Shown piece by piece: positions 58,158-64,000 of a stretch of 64,000 nt of DNA (positions are counted from its first letter, which is position 1; every line of letters begins with the position of its first letter). The notes under the pieces are model-generated. The model made no database searches, was not told where the DNA came from, and saw nothing but the letters and a program-made list of their open reading frames with translations. The translations under genes and the position numbers were made by a program. The stretch is from Bacteroidota bacterium (GTDB lineage: Bacteria > Bacteroidota > Ignavibacteria > Palsa-1295): the NCBI GenBank assembly GCA_018266755.1, contig JAFDZW010000005.1, positions 711,233 to 775,232 on the forward strand. Direction: 5' to 3'.

Positions 58158-59137
58158 TGTCGTATCAGTTTTACAGTCCTGACATCACCGCTCATCGTCG
58201 ATACGCGGGCGTAGAGTGTACCGTGGGGTAGCGATTGGCCGGAGACCATCCACCGATTATTCCCCTCGCTGCACAGCCTTGTGTCCGTATAGAGATGTTT
58301 GCCGAGCGGATCGTAGATGTCGATGCGCATGTATTCGGCGTCCACAAGCCCGAAACGGAGCGTCGTCTGACGGTCGAACGGGTTCTCGTCAGCGCTCAAG
58401 AATGTGATCTTCGGTCCGGCATGCGACGCTGAGAATGCGTCGCTGACTGCACGGTACTGCGGGCCTCGAAGGATCTGAAGGTCGAGGTCTTCTAACGAAG
58501 GGACGGTCGTATCCTGCGAGTACGGTGTCTTGACAGTGTCACGTACAGAGTCGCGGTACACCTGGTAGCGTTCACGAAGAACAGCTCGCAAAATATCGTC
58601 GTACGGATCGAAGATCGATAGGCAGCGGTTGGAATCCTTGAGAAATTTCAGGATCGCCAACTGACCATTGATGTCGTACCCGCGGTCAGCGTTGAAGTAT
58701 TGCAGCGAAGAATAGATTGCATGCACATCAGCGCAGTAATATAACGAATCGGACCGATAATACAACACTTTCTTAAGCCATTCTCGATACGGTGGCCAGC
58801 GGCCCTTGTCCTCACTCTTGTATTGACAGCCCGACGTTGCAGCACCGAAGTCGATCCAGATCGGATGAGGTAACCCTGTAGCTGTTGCACAGTGCTCAAT
58901 TGCGAACAGAGCAGTGTCATACATTTTCTGGTAACTATCCCCTTGCGCCAATGCGTACACGCTCATCTGGAGAGCTGAGCAGTCCAGTGTATCGGCTGTG
59001 CCAGGCAACAACTGCCCGTTGGTGTCCTGTGCATGGATTGGCGATGTCAACAGCAGGACGACTACGAACGCAAGTGATGCAAAAGTTTTCACGTTGGCCG
59101 TAAAGACCCTATCCAAAAATGACCTGTGCTCTTTCAT
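58154..59137 (-). CDS. hypothetical secreted protein with T9SS C-terminal sorting domain
   Basis: Signal peptide FASLAFVVVLLLTSPIHAQD. T9SS-CTD-like C-terminus …DRQTTLRFGLVDAEYMRIDIYDPLGKHLYTDTRL…VKLIRQ. Confidence 0.6.
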   Translation of the reverse strand: MKEHRSFLDRVFTANVKTFASLAFVVVLLLTSPIHAQDTNGQLLPGTADTLDCSALQMSVYALAQGDSYQKMYDTALFAIEHCATATGLPHPIWIDFGAATSGCQYKSEDKGRWPPYREWLKKVLYYRSDSLYYCADVHAIYSSLQYFNADRGYDINGQLAILKFLKDSNRCLSIFDPYDDILRAVLRERYQVYRDSVRDTVKTPYSQDTTVPSLEDLDLQILRGPQYRAVSDAFSASHAGPKITFLSADENPFDRQTTLRFGLVDAEYMRIDIYDPLGKHLYTDTRLCSEGNNRWMVSGQSLPHGTLYARVSTMSGDVRTVKLIRQ

Positions 59138-59323
59138 TGTGTCTTGAATAACTAGTGGTACAAGCGGTGTTGTTACGTCAGCAAATACGTTGATGAAATG
59201 CTATGTTACCAATGCAATCTTCGTTCGTTTGGTTCGAGGTCGAGGACTTACCACTCCGAACGAAGATGTGCTCCTGATATCAATATCCCAAGTGCCGATC
59301 GATGATATCCAACATCTCGGGTG

Positions 59324-59366
59324 CCTGTAGAGCCGGGCATACGCGCGTCTCCATCAACGCCCCGCC
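59324..59366. repeat. REP copy 1 (degenerate left arm) with conserved 3' tail ATCAACGCCCCGCC
   Basis: cctgtagagccgggcatacgcgcgtctccatcaacgccccgcc. Confidence 0.6.
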
Positions 59367-59390
59367 AAAACGGAGCCTTAGACTAATCCT

Positions 59391-59423
59391 GGAGACGCGC
59401 ATATGCGCGACTCTACAGCGGCC
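59391..59423. repeat. REP copy 2
   Basis: ggagacgcgcatatgcgcgactctacagcggcc (GAGACGCGCATATGCGCG core). Confidence 0.7.
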
Positions 59424-59462
59424 AGAGCACAACCCCGGCTTGCTCATGCATTGACCTAGGTT

Positions 59463-59500
59463 GTAGAGACGCGCATATGCGCGTCTCTATCAACGCCGCC
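59463..59500. repeat. REP copy 3 (near-perfect 28-bp palindrome GTAGAGACGCGCATATGCGCGTCTCTAt + tail caacgccgcc)
   Basis: Seen directly in the sequence. Confidence 0.8.
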
Positions 59501-59597
59501 TGATTCCAGTGAACGCAAAACCGAAGAGAGGCCGCTAGACCCACGAAATCGGTCCGATCCAAATTTCGGCTCAATACGATGACTTTGATATGGCCCG

Positions 59598-59623
59598 AAG
59601 ACGCGCATATGCGCGTCTCTACG
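59598..59623. repeat. REP copy 4, overlapping the RAYT stop codon
   Basis: gaagacgcgcatatgcgcgtctctac. The RAYT stop (59619-59621) lies inside it. Confidence 0.75.
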
Positions 59624-60236
59624 TGGTTGGAAATTGGATGGTTCGGTTGCGGTGCGCATTCATAGAATCGCCATCCCAATGGGCGACATTGTTTTCAATG
59701 TACCAACGAATCTTATGATACGACCTGTCATTGCGAATGATGTGTTCGTGAAACCGCTCCTGCCATGCAAATGGAATTCCATCATGCTTGCAGTTCCATC
59801 GAACTGCTGCATTGTAGTTATTGATGACGAGCGAAAGCGAGTTCGGCTGCAACGGCCCAAATGACCTTCCGGGATGCTCGCCGGCGTCTGTAGAGACGCG
59901 CAAATGTGCGTCTCCACGCTCTCGGACGTACGCCTCTTGAGGAATTATGACACCCTCTTTGAGATCTCCAGAAATATGGATAATTCCATGGACATGATTC
60001 GGCATCACAACGAACGCGTCAAGCGTAACGAACGGGAAATGTGCAGGAATATCTGACCATCGCGCCTTCACATACTCACCCGCCTTGGTAGGAGCGAAAA
60101 CGCCATCAACGATCTCTCCCAGAGTATGTGCCTTGTCTTTCGTGCAAATAGTAACGAAGTACAGCGCGCTCGTAGAGTAATCCCAATGCTCAAGCCGTAT
60201 CGATTCCGCCCGATATTTCTGCCGATACAATGTCAT
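59619..60236 (-). CDS. REP-associated tyrosine transposase (RAYT; IS200/IS605-like Y1 HuH transposase, TnpA_REP)
   Basis: MTLYRQKYRAESIRLEHWDYSTSALYFVTICTKDK...LDAFVVMPNHVHGIIHI (HuH motif) ...WQERFHEHIIRNDRSYHKIRWYIENNVAHW (RAYT C-terminal block). ATG at 60234-60236. Flanked and interrupted by REP copies. Confidence 0.8.
   Translation of the reverse strand: MTLYRQKYRAESIRLEHWDYSTSALYFVTICTKDKAHTLGEIVDGVFAPTKAGEYVKARWSDIPAHFPFVTLDAFVVMPNHVHGIIHISGDLKEGVIIPQEAYVRERGDAHLRVSTDAGEHPGRSFGPLQPNSLSLVINNYNAAVRWNCKHDGIPFAWQERFHEHIIRNDRSYHKIRWYIENNVAHWDGDSMNAHRNRTIQFPTT
59888..59917. repeat. REP copy 5 (ctgtagagacgcgcaaatgtgcgtctccac) lying inside the RAYT coding sequence, in frame
   Basis: Encodes ...RGDAHLRVSTDAG... 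within the RAYT ORF, between the HuH motif and the C-terminal conserved block. Confidence 0.7.
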
Positions 60237-60266
60237 ACTAATGTTCGATTCCGTAAATACGATTGA

Positions 60267-60306
60267 CCTGTAGAGACGCGCATATGCGCGTCTCAATCAA
60301 CGCCCC
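60267..60306. repeat. REP copy 6 (cctgtagagacgcgcatatgcgcgtctcaatcaacgcccc)
   Basis: Seen directly in the sequence, 31 nt upstream of the RAYT ATG. Confidence 0.8.
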
Positions 60307-60347
60307 ACACTGCAAACCAAACCGAGAATGTAGAGGAATCCCGGACG

Positions 60348-60376
60348 GAGACGCGCATATGCGCGTCTCTACAAGC
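60348..60376. repeat. REP copy 7 (ggagacgcgcatatgcgcgtctctacaag)
   Basis: Seen directly in the sequence. Confidence 0.8.
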
Positions 60377-60388
60377 TCTTTGAAACCT

Positions 60389-60775
60389 TTAACGATTCGA
60401 ATCACACTCCACGATCCACTCGATCCCATACTTGTCCCGAAAACATCCGAGGTATGTCCCCCACGGGCCATCGCCCATCGGGCCTTCGACTTGCCCGCCG
60501 GCTGAGAGGCCTGCAAATATTCTGTCCGCTTCCTCTTTGCTGTCGGCAGTGACTGAGATCTTCGATCGGTTCTCGTTCTCGTCCACTCGTCCCAGGACTT
60601 CGGGGACGTCGTTGGCGATCAGGACATTCGGCCCGATGGTCAAGGCGATGTGCATGATCTTATTCCCCTCGAAGCGCATGACCTTGACAAACTCTCCACC
60701 GAAGACCGACCGGTAAAAATTGAACGCCTCTTCGGCATTCCCGTTGAAATTGATGTGAGGATTGATCGTAGGCAT
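60389..60775 (-). CDS. VOC-family (glyoxalase/bleomycin-resistance/PhnB-like) protein
   Basis: MPTINPHINFNGNAEEAFNFYRSVFGGEF...GPMGDGPWGTYLGCFRDKYGIEWIV is the PhnB-like pattern. Start re-assigned to MPTINPH (ATG 60773-60775). Confidence 0.75.
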   Translation of the reverse strand: MPTINPHINFNGNAEEAFNFYRSVFGGEFVKVMRFEGNKIMHIALTIGPNVLIANDVPEVLGRVDENENRSKISVTADSKEEADRIFAGLSAGGQVEGPMGDGPWGTYLGCFRDKYGIEWIVECDSNR

Positions 60776-61020
60776 AATTAGCGATGGTAGATTGAACTTC
60801 ACGACAAAGATACGAACTTCTGCATACTACGACGACGTCCTCAAGATCCTCTTGTTTTATGAAGCGGCTGGCGGCCGAACTCGACCACCCCAACCCCTCC
60901 TCGTCGAGGAGGGGCGTCTTATTATCTTTGCTTACGCTGCCGTGAGGGTTAGTGCTTGTGCTTGGGGTGCTCCAACACTTCCAACTGACATTCTTGCCCT
61001 CGCTTGTGTTAGAGGTTGCC

Positions 61021-62580
61021 GTGATCAAAACGATCGATATCGTACTCTCACCCGCTGCGGCGGAGGATTCGAAGCTGCGGCTCGATGCTGTTGCCGAATT
61101 TCTCGGCGTGGCGGCTTCGCATATTTCGAGCGTGCTGATCAAGAAGCGCTCGATCGACGGCAGGGCGAAGCAGGTTCGCGTGCAGTTGCGGTTGGAAGTC
61201 TATGTTGACGAGCCCGCCCCGACGCCGGAGCCTATCGAGGCGCACTACCGCGCACTTCCGCCGTCAGCCAAGCGCGTTGTCATCGTCGGCGCCGGACCTG
61301 CGGGGATGTTCGCGGCGCTTCGCCTTATCGAGCTTGGCATCAAACCGATCATCCTCGAACGCGGGAAGGATGTGCAGGCGCGCCGGCACGATCTGGCCGC
61401 GATCCAGAAGAAAGGCATCGTCAATCCCGACAGCAACTACTGCTTCGGCGAAGGCGGCGCCGGCACGTATTCCGACGGCAAACTATATACACGGTCCACC
61501 AAACGCGGCAACGTGGACGCCGCGCTCCGTACCCTCGTCGCCCACGGCGCAACACCCGACATTCTCATCGACGCGCACCCTCATATCGGTTCGAACAATT
61601 TGCCGAAGGTAGTCGCCGCCATTCGCCAGAGCATCTTCGGCGCGGGCGGCGAAGTGCATTTCGAGTCTGCGGTGAATGACTTTATCTTGAAGGACGGGCG
61701 AATCCTCGGCGTGCGCACTCGCGATGGCGCAGAGCATCTCGGCGAAGCAGTGATCCTCGCAACCGGTCACAGCGCGCGCGATATTTTTCGTTTGCTCGCC
61801 GCCAATAACATCCTGATCGAGGCGAAGCCGTTCGCGATGGGCGTGCGCGTCGAGCATCCGCAGTCGCTCATCGACCGCGACCAATATCATTGCACGACGC
61901 GCGACATCCACCTCCCTGCCGCGAGCTACAAGCTCGCCATCCAATCGAACGGACGCGGCGTGTTCTCGTTCTGCATGTGTCCCGGCGGATTCATCGTGCC
62001 TGCATCGACTGCGCCGGGCGAATTGGTGCTGAATGGGATGAGTTTGTCGCGCCGCGATTCGCCGTTCGCAAACTCCGGCATCGTCGTCGCGATCGACGAG
62101 GAAGATCTGAAGCCGTACGCCAAGCACGGCGCCTTCGCAGGCGTAGCGTATCAAAGCGAACTGGAAGTAGCAGCATTCAACGCAGGCGGCGGTACGCAAG
62201 CAGCACCCGCGCAACGACTGACTGATTTTGTCAGCGGCAAACTCTCGGCAACGCTTCCCGAAACGAGCTACCAACCCGGCACGGTCTCGAGCGAATTGCA
62301 TTCACTCTTGCCCGCTCCCATCGCGAAGCGACTTCAGGCCGGCTTTACGGAGTTCGGAAAGAAGATCAAAGGCTACATGACGGCCGACGCACTGGTCCTC
62401 GGCGTCGAGACGCGCACCAGTTCGCCGGTACGAGTGCCGCGCGACGACGAATCGCTTGAACATCCGCAGGTTGCGGGCCTCTACCCCTGCGCCGAAGGTG
62501 CCGGCTACGCCGGAGGCATCATCAGCGCCGCATTGGATGGAGTCAGGGTTGCAGAAGCGATAGCCCACTCGACACAATAG
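61021..62580 (+). CDS. FAD-dependent oxidoreductase (COG2509 'NAD(FAD)-utilizing dehydrogenase' family)
   Basis: VVIVGAGPAGMFAALRLIELGIKPIILERGKDV (Rossmann GxGxxG) ...GEGGAGTYSDGKLYTRS...LATGHSARDIF...MGVRVEHPQ. Start re-assigned to GTG 61021 (V/MIKTIDIVLSP), which matches the family N-terminus. Confidence 0.75.
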   Translation: MIKTIDIVLSPAAAEDSKLRLDAVAEFLGVAASHISSVLIKKRSIDGRAKQVRVQLRLEVYVDEPAPTPEPIEAHYRALPPSAKRVVIVGAGPAGMFAALRLIELGIKPIILERGKDVQARRHDLAAIQKKGIVNPDSNYCFGEGGAGTYSDGKLYTRSTKRGNVDAALRTLVAHGATPDILIDAHPHIGSNNLPKVVAAIRQSIFGAGGEVHFESAVNDFILKDGRILGVRTRDGAEHLGEAVILATGHSARDIFRLLAANNILIEAKPFAMGVRVEHPQSLIDRDQYHCTTRDIHLPAASYKLAIQSNGRGVFSFCMCPGGFIVPASTAPGELVLNGMSLSRRDSPFANSGIVVAIDEEDLKPYAKHGAFAGVAYQSELEVAAFNAGGGTQAAPAQRLTDFVSGKLSATLPETSYQPGTVSSELHSLLPAPIAKRLQAGFTEFGKKIKGYMTADALVLGVETRTSSPVRVPRDDESLEHPQVAGLYPCAEGAGYAGGIISAALDGVRVAEAIAHSTQ

Positions 62581-62582
62581 AG

Positions 62583-63914
62583 CTATCTGGTGATCACGAC
62601 GTGCTGTGTCACCGTTCGTTTGCCATTACTTACGGAGAGTACATATACCCCAGATGAAAGACCAAAGTCATGACTTCGAAATGTGACCTGACTGCTCGGC
62701 TCTAACCGGAGTGTGCGGCCGAAGACATCGGTAAGGCTCATCGATTCGATCGGACAAGCCGAAGTAGCGTTGATTAGTGTCTCAGAAGAGAACGGATTTG
62801 GAGTCACTGTTACCGAGAGATCGGAGTAATCCTTATTCGCGACGCCGGAACCAACACTCACCAAGCGCATGATTCGCCCGACGCTGCCGTTATTTGTCCA
62901 TTTGATTGGTAAGATCTCGTTGTCGGTATCGAGGGCGAACGCAGGGATCGAATATGTAGGGGTCGCTTTGTCGACGAGTATCACGTTCGAGGTCACGACC
63001 GAGCCGTTATAGGTCAGTCCCCAGATCCGTCCGGAGCCGGCATCTCCGTAGACGTACACGCCATCGAGCGGCACAATCTTCCTGCCGCGATGCACATAGC
63101 CTCCGGTGATCGAAACGTTTCCGCTGGTGTGTGGATACTCGAAGATGGGCATCGTCAAGCCGGTAGTGTCGCAGTCGGTTACGCTTGGCGGATAGCAATG
63201 CAGCCCTTCCATCCGGTTCCAGCCGTAGTTCTCGCCGACAAAGATCAGATCGATCTCTTCGTAGAGGTCCTGCCCGACATCGGCGGCCCAGAGCGCGCCA
63301 GACTCATCGTCGAACGAGAAGCGCCAGGTATTGCGCAGGCCGTAGGCAAAGATCTCCTTCTTCTTGCCCGTGTTATCGTTCGCGAACGGATTGGTGGGTG
63401 GGATACCGTAGTTGTTGCCGCCGCTCGGATGCTCGACATCGAGCCTCAGAATCTTCCCCATGAAGTTCGTGGTGTTCTGTCCGTTCTTGTACGGATCGCC
63501 ACCCGAGCCGCCGTCGCCGAAAGACGCATAGAGATAGCCATCCGGCCCGAATCGCAAGCAACCGCCTTTATGGTTCGGAAACGTGGGAGGCTGTGTGAAG
63601 GTCAGGATCGTTGTCGCTGACGAGGGGATGATGGAATCGGGCGTTGAAGTGCTGACAGTGTAGCGAACGATGAGCGAATAGTACTGTGCCGATGTACCGG
63701 TATCGTAGCTGAAATAGATGTAGTGATTCTGCTGGAAATTCGGGTCGAAGGCGGCGCCGAGAAGGCCGACCTCATTATCGTTCTGCGCGACGAGCTTCGA
63801 GAGATCGAGGAACATGCGTCGAGTAGATACATTCGCATCGTAGTCCACTACCCACACCCTCCCCCGTTGTTCGACGACGATGAAGCGGTTCGATCCATCG
63901 GGAATGAACTGCAT
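62583..63914 (-). CDS. PQQ-dependent sugar (glucose/sorbosone) dehydrogenase-like beta-propeller protein with T9SS C-terminal sorting domain
   Basis: VGLLGAAFDPNFQQNHYIYFSY...FGPDGYLYASFGDGGSGGDP...GLRNTWRFSFD are SGDH motifs. The C-terminal ~90 aa is a T9SS CTD. No signal peptide at the annotated start, and the ORF stays open to the window edge, so the 5' end may lie beyond 64000. Confidence 0.7.
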   Translation of the reverse strand: MQFIPDGSNRFIVVEQRGRVWVVDYDANVSTRRMFLDLSKLVAQNDNEVGLLGAAFDPNFQQNHYIYFSYDTGTSAQYYSLIVRYTVSTSTPDSIIPSSATTILTFTQPPTFPNHKGGCLRFGPDGYLYASFGDGGSGGDPYKNGQNTTNFMGKILRLDVEHPSGGNNYGIPPTNPFANDNTGKKKEIFAYGLRNTWRFSFDDESGALWAADVGQDLYEEIDLIFVGENYGWNRMEGLHCYPPSVTDCDTTGLTMPIFEYPHTSGNVSITGGYVHRGRKIVPLDGVYVYGDAGSGRIWGLTYNGSVVTSNVILVDKATPTYSIPAFALDTDNEILPIKWTNNGSVGRIMRLVSVGSGVANKDYSDLSVTVTPNPFSSETLINATSACPIESMSLTDVFGRTLRLEPSSQVTFRSHDFGLSSGVYVLSVSNGKRTVTQHVVITR

Positions 63915-64000
63915 CTCGATGGGCCGCGCGAACGACGGCAGGTTCGGGAATGCCTCTTCAAGCGCATACTGCGCACGAACACCCGGTGCAATGCAGAGTG

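Larger units (their letters stand above)
59598..60306 (-). mobile_element. RAYT/REP unit: tyrosine transposase gene bracketed by inverted REP copies
   Basis: REP copy 4 at the 3' end and REP copy 6 at the 5' end, immediately upstream of the start codon. This is the classic REP-RAYT arrangement. Confidence 0.65.

Noticed and set aside
59320-60380. Cluster of near-identical ~28-bp repeats considered as a CRISPR array
   Set aside because: The repeats are perfect palindromes, occur in both orientations with irregular spacing (30-260 nt), and the 'spacers' include a whole RAYT gene. This is a REP/RAYT (BIME-like) locus, not CRISPR, and there are no cas genes.
63915-64000. Possible 5' extension of the sugar dehydrogenase gene
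   Set aside because: The frame stays open to the window edge, but the upstream residues (…MRLKRHSRTCRRSRGPS) do not resemble a signal peptide. It cannot be resolved without sequence beyond 64000.
1-64000. Search for tRNA, rRNA and CRISPR
   Set aside because: No cloverleaf-compatible segments, rRNA-like conserved stretches or regularly spaced direct repeats were found by eye in any intergenic region. This needs confirmation with tRNAscan-SE/Infernal.

Overview
This 64-kb window is from a high-GC (roughly 58-60%) bacterial chromosome with dense coding, mostly on the minus strand. Six proteins end in T9SS-type C-terminal sorting domains, which places the organism in the FCB group (Bacteroidota / Rhodothermota / Ignavibacteriota-like). 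The recognisable content is: (i) an isc Fe-S assembly operon, iscR-iscS-X-iscU-iscA-hscB-gmhA-hscA, with an unexpected gmhA; (ii) a lower-GC islet with a secreted Cys-rich protein and a thioredoxin-fold fusion protein; (iii) a surface-glycosylation cluster (GT9 heptosyltransferase, YfhO GT-C, GtrB-like GT2, DUF2723 GT-C) and a second polysaccharide module (ArnT/PMT-like GT-C, Wzx-like flippase, heparinase II/III-like, two lipoproteins, SAM methyltransferase); (iv) marR, doxX and a lipoprotein that combines a CxxCH haem motif with PHM-like copper-site motifs; (v) an M20 amidohydrolase, a YbbR-like protein and a BMC-like protein; (vi) the conserved block lepA-lepB-lepB-hemW and ybaB-recR, split by an inserted five-gene island (cytoplasmic S8 peptidase with a 320-aa C-terminal extension, two paralogous Cys-rich small proteins sharing an N-terminal M-x-IPIQA-x-P motif, a LuxR-type regulator and a 765-843 aa orphan protein); (vii) glutaryl-CoA dehydrogenase behind a long leader; (viii) two tandem ~1100-aa T9SS paralogues; (ix) trhO and a WXXGXW-repeat secreted protein; (x) a REP cluster (28-bp perfect palindrome GTAGAGACGCGCATATGCGCGTCTCTAC) around a REP-associated tyrosine transposase (RAYT); and (xi) a VOC protein, an FAD oxidoreductase and a PQQ-type sugar dehydrogenase. 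No rRNA, tRNA or CRISPR was detected. The best candidate for an undescribed system is the S8 / Cys-rich-peptide / LuxR island at 33989-40100. One caveat on coordinates: the supplied ORF track appears to accept GTG/TTG starts and print them as M, so several starts below are re-assigned from homology.
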